Origin: Antedon mediterranea
Lineage: Eukaryota; Animalia; Echinodermata
Direction: 5' to 3'
Assembly: GCF_964355755.1 (NCBI RefSeq)
Contig: NC_092676.1
Span: forward strand, 10,703,888 to 10,767,887
DNA length: 64,000 nucleotides
Made by a program: the position numbers and the translations under genes. Positions within the stretch are counted from its first letter, which is position 1. Each line of letters opens with the position of its first letter. The notes under the pieces are model-generated. The model was given only the letters and a program-made list of their open reading frames with translations. It had not been told where the DNA came from and did no database searches. Below, in pieces: positions 50,951 through 63,566 of the stretch.

Positions 50951-52283
50951 GTGCCCTGGCAACTACTACTGTATATTAATTGCTTCTAAGCAACATGGAA
51001 ACTGATTTGTTTATTTTGTAGGTTTTAGACAAGAAAAAACTTCAAGATCTTGTGCGAGAGGTAGATCCAAATGAACAGTTAGATGATGATGTAGAAGAGG
51101 TAAGTAACTGTTTAAGCCTGTTTTCTGACATTGAAATTTGATGTTTAATGATTGTTTTTGATCAATTTTATTTAAAACAAATTGTTAGTTATAATGAGAA
51201 GGCCGCTAGAATGTCTTTTTGATCATAATCAAGAAAATTACATTTGTCAGTGCACAAACTGTGTAAAAAGGATTTATCTGGAGACACCATAAAAGGGGAT
51301 TATCATAAACAATGTGAGTTTGAATAAAGTTTGAATTGTTTTTTGTAGATGCTGTTACAGATTGCTGACGACTTTATAGAAACTGTTGTAACTTCCTCTT
51401 GCCAACTGGCTAAACACCGTAAATCAAATACACTAGAAGTTAAAGATGTCCAGCTATACCTTGGTAAGTACTTTTATTTCCTAAAAGTAGATCCTTGTCA
51501 TTTGATTGGAGGATATGAAGAGTTCAGTTTTATGCAAGTGCAAATACTGTATTATATTATCTTGTTTTACTCACCTGATTATATCCTTTTCATTTGATTG
51601 GATTAAACTACTCTAATAAATTCATACAATACATCATCAAGAGTGGGATTTCTGGATGGAACACATCCCAAACCTACGATCTATAGATCACTAGCCTAGA
51701 TTTTGTTCAGGGTCAGTGGACATTTGGCAGTAGACTTGTTTGCCGTATGTACAAATCATAAAAAAATATCATAGAGTATCAGTTGAGATATGCAAATTGA
51801 AAAGTCCCTAAATCAGTTAGACAAATACTTTAAAGTATAGCTAAATTAGAGTGTTTAGTACTAACTGACTACTTTGACTCTCAAGTTACTATTTTATAGT
51901 AGTTACAATGAATTTTCAGTATTTGCGCGCATATACATTTCACTCTTGATCATGTCATTAAGGCAATAAAACATTTATTTAATATTATGTGACCCACAAT
52001 CCTCCAATCAAAATGACAAGAATCTATTAAAGTGTGTTTTATAAATATAATTACACAAGCTCAGCATCCTGTTGTTAGATTACTTACTTAACGAACAATT
52101 TTTTTTTTTTATTTTGACATTTGATACAGTATGTATATGATTTGATTATGTTTTACAGAACGTAACTGGAATATCTGGGTTCCAGGTTTTGGTGGCGAGG
52201 ATGTACGAACTTACAAAAGGCCAAATGTTACGGAAGCTCATCGACAGCGTATGGCACTTATACGTAAAACTTTAAAAAAATGA
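43385..52283 (+). CDS. TAF12: TFIID subunit 12 (~217 aa). Coding exons 43385-43507, 47732-47944, 51022-51099, 51349-51463, 52159-52283; probable 5'UTR exon ending 42360
   Basis: VLDKKKLQDLVREVDPNEQLDDDVEEMLLQIADDFIETVVTSSCQLAKHRKSNTLEVKDVQLYLERNWNIWVPGFG...EAHRQRMALIRK; in-frame GT-AG introns. Confidence 0.96.
43799..47008 (-). mobile_element. Head-to-tail tandem of two diverged ~1.55-kb Helentron/HINE elements
   Basis: Each unit starts (+) aaactag..ctcgtcactttgacgag (palindrome)..ttatccgc, at 43799 and 45364; bodies are colinear; the far end has two ttatccgc..gcggataa stem-loops. Confidence 0.8.
48735..49835. mobile_element. Short palindromic MITE split by the Kolobok insertion
   Basis: ctgacagtttcagt..gtgacgaccatatt (48766-48820) is mirrored at 49766-49818. 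Confidence 0.7.
48826..49739 (-). mobile_element. Kolobok-like non-autonomous element with a THAP-domain remnant
   Basis: ttaa|AGGAAAGGAACACC...GGTGTCCCTTTCCT|ttag; minus-strand KRRLLVDDAVPTLF (AVPT box). Confidence 0.75.
49900..50907 (-). mobile_element. CR1/L2-type LINE, 3' part of ORF2 still open
   Basis: CLMFADDLKIY, LQADLERL, YRDLGIFID and KANRLLG; about 280 codons without a stop. Confidence 0.9.
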
Positions 52284-54216
52284 AGAGATTTGAAGCTAAT
52301 GTGAATAATACCTGAATGAACTTAACGTAATGATAAATTCATTATAGGTGTGCGATTTATAGGTAAATTAGCGTTCCATAGAAGTTTTAATTTATGGCTC
52401 TAATAAATACAGAAGTCCCACTAAATTGCACTCATTTTAAAATGTGTTTATTCAACATACACAGTATGCCTACATTTGATTCATTTGAAAGGCCTAGGAT
52501 TCAGATTTATTTGGTCCTTGCAGAAATTCATGACCGGCACAGTTGCTCACATGAAAATACAATAACATACAAAATATATATAAGTAAAAATAAAGATAAA
52601 CAAGTAGAGTTGGAATAAAGATACAATATACGGTAGACAACAAGGTGATTCAACAGTAATTGTCATTGAAAGCACGAATGGAAAAGGGGACGAATGAATT
52701 TAGATATTTGTTCTACATCGTGTGCTACGTAGTCGCTTTTCTGACCTTTACGTGGTTAATGGATGGTTGGTGTAATGGATGTTTATCATTTAGTATATAA
52801 ATGCCCTTTGTTTTTGCAGTACATGTTACATCAATTGAGATACTTTCCTTAATAATACGACAGGCCGTATTAATAATTTAATTTCCACCATCCAATTTCC
52901 ATAAACTACTAAACCATACAATAGAACAAAAAAGGATCGCACTTTCACCAATGGAAAAATAAAAAATCTTCAAGATAGGTTAAGATACCTATTTTTTGTA
53001 ATGACATCTGAAGCTTGATATTTACCTCTAGCCCACTGACCGCATATTTGATTTGTTTTTTGGGGTTTTTTCAGTCTGCATCATTATGTAAATTAGTATT
53101 CATTGTCACTCAACAGAGCAAAATTGCAACCGGAGATATACTCTATTGTTGTAGTTAGGGAGGCCGGTGAGGACGTTCTTGTAGTTCCGGTCTTCCATCG
53201 ACAAATAATATTATTTCACAGCACTCTTGCTGAAGCATGCACAGAACATTGTTGCTATGCTGTTGTTAAGGGTCATGCTGTCCAGGCTTCAGTCGATAAA
53301 AATCTGAATACACAGCGGTATGTGAAGTTTATTGACTTATCCCACAAATGACAGGAATTTATATAGGTGGTATATAATATTATATAACCTATTTTATCAT
53401 GATTATTTATTCTTGTTTTGATAAATCGTATGATTATGTTTATACTTGAACTTAAAACTTTGTTTTAAAAAGGAATAACGTGTATTAATTTGTATAGATA
53501 AGTGTGTTTTATTTGGTATTTTGTGATATCTGTTGCCAGATTGTAAGAGGGTTATGTAGTGTGAAAGTTTTATTATGTGTGGTGTGTTGTGTAATCATCT
53601 TAAAGTCTCAGTATTTTGTTTCCCACTGTTTTTTGAAAACAAGAAATAAAATCTATTTTAAAAACGTCTTGTATAATTGTGTGAGTGATACTGATTGTTA
53701 AAATGACTTTACAGTATTGTGTAGTTTTTTTTTTTTATTGTTATCCAGTACATTTTTTTTAAAGGAATTAAGGTTTAAATAAACTTAAAAATGAAAAATT
53801 GTTCTTTTCAGTTATGGATTTTCAAATACGTCCAGTAGTTCAATCCTTAGAAACTCTAAAAACTTCTTCAGTATTCCATTTAATTATTTTATTTCATCAA
53901 GCACTTTGGTTCAACAATTCATTTGGGAGTTCCTATTAGGTCTTTTCAATGAACATGCTTCTCATATGCTTTCCTCTAGGTTTCTTCTCTTTGGAAATTA
54001 AAATTTGAGGTTTTTTGCTTTTTTTTTGTCATATCAGAATATAAATAAATTTGTTCATATATCGGTCGTGTCTTTTGTCAAAGATATACAACATTATAGT
54101 TTTACTGAAATAAATAGTTTGACATGTTTCTGATGGCAGGCAAACCTTGTATGTATTTACAAATCTTAATATTTCAATCTTTGAAACACTGATAAAATAT
54201 TATGAAATTGTTTTAA

Positions 54217-57200
54217 CTAGATGGTACGCTCGCTTTGCTCGCGTACCATCTAGGTCGTATCCACAGATGGTTCTCGAATACACAGTAATTTCAGCGTAAA
54301 AAATGTACGTACCGCAGGACTAAATAGTACATTGTCGTTTACAGAAACGAATAAATAGACACGATGATTTATGTAAAATTAGCACCCTGGGAATTAGACC
54401 TTGTCTTAAAAATGAGTCCAATTTTTTAATTTGAACTCATTTAAACAAACCCAATTTGTGTTTTGTACATAAAATTAGAGTTAAGGGATGGAGAAGAGGA
54501 GGACAACTTTTAAATATATTCTCTATCCACTCAGTAACGAAATATTGTTTAAAATGTTTTATAGGCCTATCAATAATATACCACTAAACACAGTAAAACA
54601 TTTACGATTTATAATACTTTTTAAAAACTGTCCCTGTTATAGTCGATTGAAATAGTAAAGTACATGTAACGATACACCACTACAACGTTTATATTTTTTA
54701 TAATTATTAATTAATACAAACGTTGAGAAGCAACTGTTAGTAATCTACCCACAGTAACAGTAATAAATGTTCTTTGTATATTTTGTTTATATATCTAACA
54801 GTAACCACATTCACAGTAAGACAATTTCGATTCAAATGACGACCAAAAATTTACAATACTAGATGGTCGTGCCCACAGATGGTTCTCGAATACACAGTAA
54901 TTCCAGCGAGAAAAAACTGGAGATTTCAAATGTACGTACTGCAGGACTATAATACATTGTCGTTTACAGAAACGAATAAATATACACAATGATTTATGTA
55001 GTCAACCAAAATTAGCACCCTGGGAATTACTTCCAAGAGAGAAACTTGTCACAAAATCACAAAATGAGTCAATTTTTTTTATTTGGACTCATTTAAACAA
55101 ACCCAATTTGTGTTTTGTATGTAACATTAAGGGTTGAGGGATGGGGAAGGAGACAGGTACAAAGACGAAACATTTTTAAATATATTCTTATCCACTCAGT
55201 AACGAAATATATTTTTTAAATTTTTTTTTAGGCCTATACATAATACACCACTACATACAGTGAAACATTTACGATTTAATACTTTGCTAAAACTCTCACT
55301 GTCATAGTCGATTGAAATAGTAAAGTACATGTAACGATACACCACTACGACGTTTATATATTTTTAAATTACTAATTTATACAAACGTTGAGAAGCAACT
55401 GTCAGTATAATAAAGTTTATTTATTTGTATATTATATGTTTATAATCTAACAGTAGGGCCTACCCACACTCACAGTAATAAAGTTTATTTGTATATTTGT
55501 TTATATTATATCTAACACTTAACAGTACCAACATTCACAGTAAGAAATTTGCGATTCAAATTGCGATCAAAATTACCCGAATCTGTACTTGTTATATATA
55601 TTTGGCTTATATAAGTTTTAAGTGAAACTCGGTTAGTTCGATTAAAGTTAAACTTTATTCAATTAAACATGTTGTTTTGGGTGGTTTTTTTTGCTGCTGG
55701 TGGTATCTACAATATCTAAGCTACGCCATACTTAAATGGTAAATGGGGTCTCTAGTCGAACTTTAGAGGGGTCTGCCAGGGCCAAGGCAGTGTACAGATA
55801 GTTTGTAATAGGTATTTTGGTATTGCTTACAATGTGCTAAATCATTTAACATTGGTTGCTAGTGGTATCTACAATATCTAAGCTGGGCTAGTTGAGAAAA
55901 GAGGGGTCTCTAATCGAACTTTAAAGGGGTCTGCCAGGGCCAGAGCAGTGTACAGATAGTCTGTAATAGGTCATTTGGTATTGCTTACAATGTGCTAAAT
56001 CATATAACATTTGTTGCTGGTGGTATCTACAATATCTAAGCTGGGCTAGTTGGGGGAAGGGGGGTCTCTAGTCTAACTTTAGGGTATCTGGCACTTGCGG
56101 TGCAGCAGACAATTAGTCTGTTGTTATCCATTTAGTATTGTATGAACACAACTTGTTCATTTGGCATTAATTTTGAGTGGTACCTCACTCATCTATGCTA
56201 ACCCCTTTTTAGGCCCTCCCTCGGGGGGTCTGGCGGGCCTTTTGCAGCAGAGAAAAAGTCTGTCGTTTGTGATACTGGTATAAAGATGCCAATGGGCATC
56301 CCATGGTGGTAAAATTAGGTGGTATCTCTCTCATCTAACCTGGGTCGATTTTTTACCACGTTGGGATCTAGACGCAGCAGGGGGTACCCGGCAGACTCCC
56401 ATTTTCATTGACTTCAAGTGACTCCCAAAACACTTAAATAGTCAGATATTGGTACCTAGCTCATCTAACCAAATGTCTCTGGGCTGCCTGTCTAGAAGTG
56501 TCCTCGTATTATTGTGTGCGGGTATTTTTCAAATTGACATCCATTAGACAGTGTATACCACGATCAGAAAACACCCCTATTTGGGGCAAATCGTTGAACC
56601 TAAATTCGTTTTAATCGTCAATAACTAACTATCGAACTCAATTTAATTAGTAAACAGGGTTACATCAGGTGGTTAAAATCAGTACCGGAAGTACGAACCA
56701 ACTTTATATACCATCGAGTAAACATTCTTGAAATAACGCGCGATTTACCGAATTTTGCCCTTACGTAAATTTATATATAGATTGTCAAAGTATTGCAATA
56801 CTATAATAAGTTTTATTCTCCAAGGGCCCATAAATTTACCTACTTGTGTTAAACCAAGGGCTCATAAATTTACCTACAAACTGGGAGTCTGAGAGATTGG
56901 GATGTTCCATTCATCGCAAATCAATACATTTGTATAGTATATTACATCTATCAAAATAGTATTTAAAAAAAAAAATCGGCCTGTCTTCAACTTTATGATA
57001 CTGTACTCGAGCTGTTCAACCGGTTTTCAGCTATTAAAAACAATTATCGTAGGAGGAGATAGGAAAATGCGAAGTATCCTCGTATTATTGTGTGCAGGTA
57101 TTTTACATGAGGACATGCATTAGACAGTGTACACCACGATCGGAAAACACCCCTATTTGGGGCAAATCATTGAACCTAAATTCATTTTAATTGTCAATAA

Positions 57201-57361
57201 CTAATTATCTAACTCAATTTAATTAGTAAACAGGATTACTGTACATCAGGTGGTTAAAATCAGTATCGAAAGTACGAACCAACTTTATATACCATCGAGT
57301 AAACATTCTAGAAATAACGCGCGTTTACCGAATTTTGCCCTTACGTAAATTTATATATAGA
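54217..57361 (-). mobile_element. Non-autonomous canonical Helitron with a duplicated 5' end and internal repeats
   Basis: Minus strand: A|TCTATATATAAAT 5' ends at 57361 and 56781; 3' hairpin ctagatggtacgcgagc-aaa-gcgagcgtaccatCTAG|T; 54253-54860 duplicated at 54865-55560; ~160-bp repeats at about 55695-56460. Confidence 0.85.
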
Positions 57362-57724
57362 TATTGTTTACATTGTTCAGGGGAATTCACAGCCCAATAA
57401 CAAACAATTTGATTCAATACACACATACGTACATTTTAAACAACTGTAGGCTTTGTATTCATGTCATGCGTTGGACTTCTGGCTCTTGTTTGTTTTCTAA
57501 TCAAATCGGTGATTTACTGTAATGAAAGGTGATGACTCTGAACTATAACAACTACTATTCATTAATGGTTATATGTGACAAATAATTGAGGATAAAGGGC
57601 ACATATTTAATTTGAAATGAAGACGTTTTTACACCCAAAAATAAAATGTGCTACTTAAATTTTTATCTTGATTTTTCTAAACTATAATCAATTATATACA
57701 GTACCAGCAATAAAATGTCTTCAC

Positions 57725-57780
57725 CGATCACGTCTTGTATAACTGATCACGTCTTGTATAACTGATCACGTCTTGTATAA
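57725..57780. repeat. 19-bp unit x3 (gatcacgtcttgtataact)
   Basis: Direct inspection. Confidence 0.9.
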
Positions 57781-58432
57781 CATTTTTAGAAAAAACAAAA
57801 ACACACGTTTAATTTGAAATACAATCACAAAATCACTGTATATTTTAATTTATTCAAAGACAGAAGACACTAAGAGCTGTATTTACATCTGGAGTATAAA
57901 CTTAATTCTGTTTCATAGAAAATATTGTAGAAAAAAAGTACAGGTAGGCCTAATACCGTGATTGTCTACACCTTCAAATTTTAATTTGGTTACTTTAAAT
58001 TGTACTGTTAAATATCAAATTACACTAGCACAGGGATTACAACTATACAGTTTACATAACTAAATGTTTGAAATTATTTCATATTTATTGACCTTGAACA
58101 TATGGAATACTTTTTTTTTAATTTGATAAAACAAAAACATTTTCCAGAACTCTGAAAAATACCCAAGAAAATAGATATGAGCTGTAGATTTTCTGATCAG
58201 ATTATTTTAGCTGAAACATTAAATTATTTTTTCAAGTTATTACTGTACATATGTACTGTTTTATGTTTTACACATAATGATAATTAAATTATATTCTTGT
58301 TACATGCATTTTGTCACTTGCATGCATTTGAGATCTGAATTTTAAAATTGTTGATGTCTAAATTTGATTTGTATAATAGTACAAACAAGTTTAATCTTTA
58401 TGTTGTTGCTGTATCGGTAAACAACACTCAAT

Positions 58433-58933
58433 AGAGAGGTTTCACAACCTTACGAATACGATAACGAAAACGGATACGTCACGCACACGTATTCGTTTTC
58501 GTAAGCCATAAAAAAATCTGTTTCGCATGGCAACGAAATATTGAGGCGCGTCCAAAATATATAAATTTGAGCGAAGCGCAGGTACGTGTTGCTTGGTGCT
58601 TGGCTGCCAAGGCCTAGCGTAACATCAAAGCGAGTGAGGACTTTAAAAACTGCTATTTATCAAAATTGACTTGGCATTTTAGTAAATTACTTTAGTAAAT
58701 TACTTTCAATAAATCTATAATTATATTATAATCATGAATCATTCCTAATTCAAATGCAAAATGTGCAAAATAGATCAAAAACTATACTCGTTTTGTAGTT
58801 ACGAATATGACTGGTGATATTTGTCAACACGAATACGCTTTACGAATGTGAAATGGGGATCAGCTCAAAAGTTTCACAAATGTATGACGTATCCGTTTTC
58901 GTTATCGTATTCGTAAGGTTGCGAAACCTCCCT
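58433..58933. mobile_element. Harbinger-like MITE (~47-bp TIR, 3-bp TSD aat) downstream of the KDM1A stop
   Basis: agagaggtttcacaaccttacgaatacgataacgaaaacggatacgtca is mirrored at 58886-58933. Confidence 0.8.
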
Positions 58934-59094
58934 AATATAGTCATAATGTGACAACTCAAGAAAGTATCTACACTTATTGGTTACTACATCATCAATGCCT
59001 TGAAGTGCAACCAGAAATTCTGGTACTACAGTGTATCGAGTGAATTTAAAATGAGAGCATTAATAAGCACTTCATATTGCTGTTTTTGACATGC

Positions 59095-62000
59095 TCACTT
59101 TGGAGTTGGCCTTGGTGCTGCCGGAGGTGCATAAGATGGGCCTAGTAGTTGATCTGTAATGCGACCAGCTTCACGCAGCCCACTAAGAAGTGCTCCATGA
59201 ACTGTGGCAGGGTAGTTTCTTATTGTATGTTCACCAGCAAAAAACAATTTAGGCAAGTTGGTAGATGCTGTTCCTGCTACTGGAGCTGTTGTTACCGGTG
59301 TGGCCATCAGGTCGTAGTCACTACCCGAGGAGCCAGCAGCTACGTATGAGTATGAGCCACGTGACCAAGGGTCTGCCCTCCAGCGAGTTACTACAGTCTC
59401 TTTGGGCTGAAAAAAAAAAAAAAACATAATAAAATGTAATATTCAAATAATTACTTCTTTAATATTTGTAGTTGTATATCAAATTTATGATGTCACATGT
59501 CAGTGGTGGATTGCAATATGAAGAACTAAGGTTTTTTAGCTTGGCATAAGACCTACAGTAAGACCAAGAGAAGTCACAATTAAGATCAGTGACAAGTCCT
59601 AGAATCTGAAACTTTGCTTAGATTTTATATAGCAATGGTCTTAATTGTATGAACACAATTATTATTTGAATCCAATCCATGTAAACAAGTATAGGCCAAA
59701 ATCAAATGTTGTGAGGTGTTTTACATGAATGATTGTAAAACATGATATGATTTTATATACGGTACATAAAACATTTTACAATTGAAGGTGAATCTACCTG
59801 GCCTGGATAAATCAGACCTTCCAACTTGTAAAACACCATTTTTGTCAACAAAGTGTTCCTCACAATTAGTCCAAGAGCATTAGTTCATAAGTATAGGCAT
59901 ACCCGGACATTTTTGGTAACAAGCTAATTTTTTCAGGAAAGGTCCAGAACTATGATTGGAACATCATACTAAAAGTCCTGAAAAATCCTCCTTGTGCTCT
60001 CCGAGAAATCCAAGATGGCGTCCAAAATGGCTGCCATTTTAATTAGTCTATAACTTTGTAACCGCTTGTCATAGAGTAATGGTTTTGGTGTCAAATAGTT
60101 CACAGTATATACATTCCTATTTGCTCTAACAGAAAATGTTGTCAAAAAATGGCCGCTACAACAGTTTCTGGTAGTTTGACCTTTGACCTGGTCTTATCAT
60201 ATCTTGGTAACGGCTTGTCATAGAGAATTGAGATTAGGCCCAAATTGTTCAGAACATGCATATTTTTATTTGGTATAATGAAATATTTTATCCCAAAATG
60301 ACCGGAAGTGAGGTTATTGACCTCTTATTGACCTATTCATATATCTTTTACCGTATCTCAAGAAATATTTATCGTATAGAGTTACTTTTGGTGTCAAATT
60401 GTTTGGAACATACATTTCTATTTAATCTAATACAACAGTTTGCCCTAAAATGCTCGGAAGTAAGTTAAAATATTGAATATTTAAAAAATCAAAGAGCTGC
60501 ATAGGCAGAGTATATGAATACTGTAGATGAAATCAAACTTTTAACTTTTAAAAAATGCCTTAAAACATGTTTTGGGCATAGCACATCATCAGGTAAAGTG
60601 AATTGTTACAAAAAGAAAATCAATAAATTACAAAGAACAACTGTCAGTGGCTAATCAAAGTTGGTTAAAGTAAACAAAAGACAATATATATACAGTATAT
60701 ATATATATGGCATATACCATGGCACATATCCGGATTGTCAAAAACAAATGTCAAAGACCCTTCTGCAATTTTTAGATTAGATTTTTAAACGTGACTTTAT
60801 AGCTCACGATGTCGGTCGGTAAACACTAACTCATATTCATATTTTTTCGTTATGTGGACACAGGATATTAATACTTGGAGGCAAATATAAATGTTTTCAA
60901 ACATTTTTTAACATTTTCAGCAATTTCGGTCGGTTGGTCGGTCAGTAAACATTAAACTCATATTCATATTTTTTCGTTATTTTGACAGTCGATATTAATA
61001 CTTGGAGGCAATTATACATGTTTTTAAAAATTCAAAAAATCAACATTTTCAAACATTTTCAGCAATTTCAATCGGTAAGTCGGTCGGTAGGTCAGTAAAC
61101 AATAATTCAAATTTGCGCAAGCGCATGCAGCCATGTATATGGCCTTGTTGACTTATTAAATATAACGCATTTTGAAACATTACTTGTTTTAAATGTTCGT
61201 TATATGGTTTATTTATGATAAAAACAGAATGTACCCTAGGTATTTCGCATCAAACACCCTTTACCCGGCATGCATAGACTTTTTTTCAGATTCAGATTTT
61301 ATTTGGTACTTGTGGAAATCCATGAAAAATAGATTGAAACTGAAAGACACGGGCAATGATCCCGGTACCTCTCACATACTATAGTGAGCGGGTCTACCAA
61401 TTGAGCTAGTCCCCCAGTAACATATTTAACTGTTCTAAGATGAAAAAAATTATCGCCATACAGTATGCCCTATATAGGATTTATTATATATTGAAAATAT
61501 GCAAAATAAGGGTCTTTAAATCACTGTAACATTGATCAGCAGCATTCTGTTACAGTCATTCATCATCTGATGTTGCATCTTCAACATCTTGGTGTTTGTT
61601 GCTTTTTTCACATCATTACCATCATGTTCATCTGTATGGATGTTGTTTCATGTTTGCCAAAAACAGTTATGACATTATTTGTTTTCATCTTTAAACAGTT
61701 AAAAAGTTAGAGTCTAGGCTTGCCAGTTAGAGAACATCAAGAGTGCATTCTCTTTTAAAACAAGGAATGACCTGGTTTCATGTTTCAAAATGCATTATTT
61801 TTACAAATAAAATGGTCTTTACATTCTTTTTTTGACAATCCTGAGTAAATAAATGCCACGTACATATACTGTAGTGTTTGCCATTTGGGTATTTTCATGT
61901 GAAATGTATATGACCTGAAAATTTCATTTTCACAGTATCATAACGTCTATACATTTCCTAAATTACATAAAAGTTATACTTCTATGAACAAAAATAAATA

Positions 62001-63566
62001 TCGTAATTTGTATATAAATAAAATAATAAAAATAATGACGTGATTTCAACAAAGCACTAATTCGCGTATGTAACGCGAGTTAAAGACAAATAAAGCATTT
62101 AAAATGTATTCATGACAATTGACATCTACGATACATGGGTGACATTTTGTAGCAATAACATTTCAACCATAACTAGTAATGAGAATTTAAGTTTCCCTGT
62201 CTTTTGGTCATGTCCATTTTTTGTAACAAGTGTTATGCTTGGTTTCCACTAGCGACGCAACACAAGGACGTAACGCAATGCAAGTGAATTGACCAATCAC
62301 AAGCGATGGCATATTCGCTTGTGATTGCTAACTGTCTATAACTTCGCTTGTCATTGGTTAAAACGCTTGCGTTGCGTTTACGTCCTTGCGTTACGTTCTA
62401 GTGGAAACCAAGCTTTACCGATATTCTTTGTTCTATCGCAGCAAAATTTACTCTCAAGGTTATTGTTGAAAACAACAAAACACTATTCAACTACCCAATA
62501 AAATGTAACGCTTGTTGTGGAATAACCCATTTTAATCAACTTTGATTAGTAACAATTCACTTTACATGATGATGTGCTATGCCCAAAACATGTTTTAAGG
62601 CATTTTTTAAAAGTTAAAAGTTTGATTTTATCTACAGTATTCATATACTCTGCCTAGATGCAGCTCTTTGATTTTAAAAATTTTCAATATTTTAACTTAC
62701 TTCCGAGCATTTTAGGGGAAACTGTTGTATTAGACTAAATAGAAATGTATATGTTCCAAACAATTTGACACCAAAAGTAACGCTATACGATAAATATTTC
62801 TTGAGATACGGTAAAAGATATGAATAGGTCAATAAGAGGTCAATAACCTCACTTCCGGTCATTTTGGGATAAAATATTTCATTACACCAAATAAAAATAT
62901 GCATGTTCTGAACAATTTGGGCCTAATCTCAATTCTCTATGACAAGCCGTTACCGAGATATGATAAGACCAGGTCAAAGGTCAAACTACCAGAAACTGTA
63001 GTAGCAGTCATTTTTTGATAAAATTTTCTGTTAGAGCAAATAGGAATGTATATACTGTGAACTATTTGACACCAAAACCAATACTCTATGACAAGCGGTT
63101 ACAAAGTTATAGACTAATTAAAATGGCAGCCATTTTGGACGCCATCTTGGATTTCTCGGAGAGCACAAGGAGGATTTTTCAGGACTTTTAGTATGATGTT
63201 CCAATCATAGTTCTGGACCTTTCCTGCAAAAATTAGCTTGTTACCAGAAATGTCCGGGTCAAACCCTAATGCTCTTGGACTAAATATCTAATTGTTTCAA
63301 CAAAAATGATTAATATAATTTACCTGTGGGACAGCAGTTTGCCCAAACACACCTCTAAGTACTGCCAAACAACGGCCTACAATCACATCATCACTGACAT
63401 TTTCCATGATCTGAGCTGCTTCACCAGCCACAAGTGCCAGTAGTACTGGTGCTTTGTACAGATTCCAAAACAAGAACAATTCACCTCGACTGGCTGTAGT
63501 ACTGCCGACATGACCAAACAGGTTTACTGATGGGTCCCAGAAGATTTTATCAAAGCACAAAACAAC
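59095..63566 (-). CDS. KDM1A: Lysine-specific histone demethylase 1A (LSD1), last two exons 63324-63566 and 59095-59406; the gene continues beyond the window
   Basis: [51 protein letters not shown] and [50 protein letters not shown]. Confidence 0.97.
60780..61150 (+). mobile_element. Small HINE/DINE-like element with (TCGG)n-containing repeats
   Basis: Three gtcggtcggt..taaaca..tcatatt units, ending gccatgtatatggcc-ttgtt (hairpin plus TT). Confidence 0.5.
61341..61415 (-). pseudogene. tRNA-Ala-derived pseudogene or SINE head
   Basis: Reverse complement gggggactagctcaattggtagacccgctcactatagtatgtgagaggtaccgggatcattgcccgtgtctttca aligns by eye with eukaryotic tRNA-Ala(AGC), but the anticodon and T loops are mutated. 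Confidence 0.7.
62236..62414. mobile_element. Harbinger-like palindromic MITE, TSD tta
   Basis: gcttggtttccactag...ctagtggaaaccaagc flanked by tta. Confidence 0.8.

Larger units (their letters stand above)
59867..63282. mobile_element. Academ-like non-autonomous element, ~740-bp TIRs, 3-bp TSD aat, in the last KDM1A intron
   Basis: aat|TAGTCCAAGAGCATTAG...CTAATGCTCTTGGACTA|aat; arms about 59867-60610 and 62550-63282 are near-identical in inverted orientation. Confidence 0.9.

Noticed and set aside
49982-50962. 326-aa ORF as a host gene with a poly-Phe signal or membrane N-terminus
   Set aside because: The poly-Phe comes from a poly(T) run, and the rest is a LINE RT fragment lacking the N-terminal RT motifs.
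61341-61415. Functional tRNA gene
   Set aside because: The anticodon loop has an insertion or substitutions, and the T-loop/B box and acceptor stem are degenerate.
60256-62904. Mirror ORFs 60256-60468 and 62692-62904
   Set aside because: Chance ORFs within the Academ-like TIRs.
9342-63566. Functional gene cluster linking NLR, orphan, SLC22, TAF12 and KDM1A
   Set aside because: The functions are unrelated, orientations are mixed and no shared regulatory signature is visible. Adjacency alone is not evidence in a metazoan genome.
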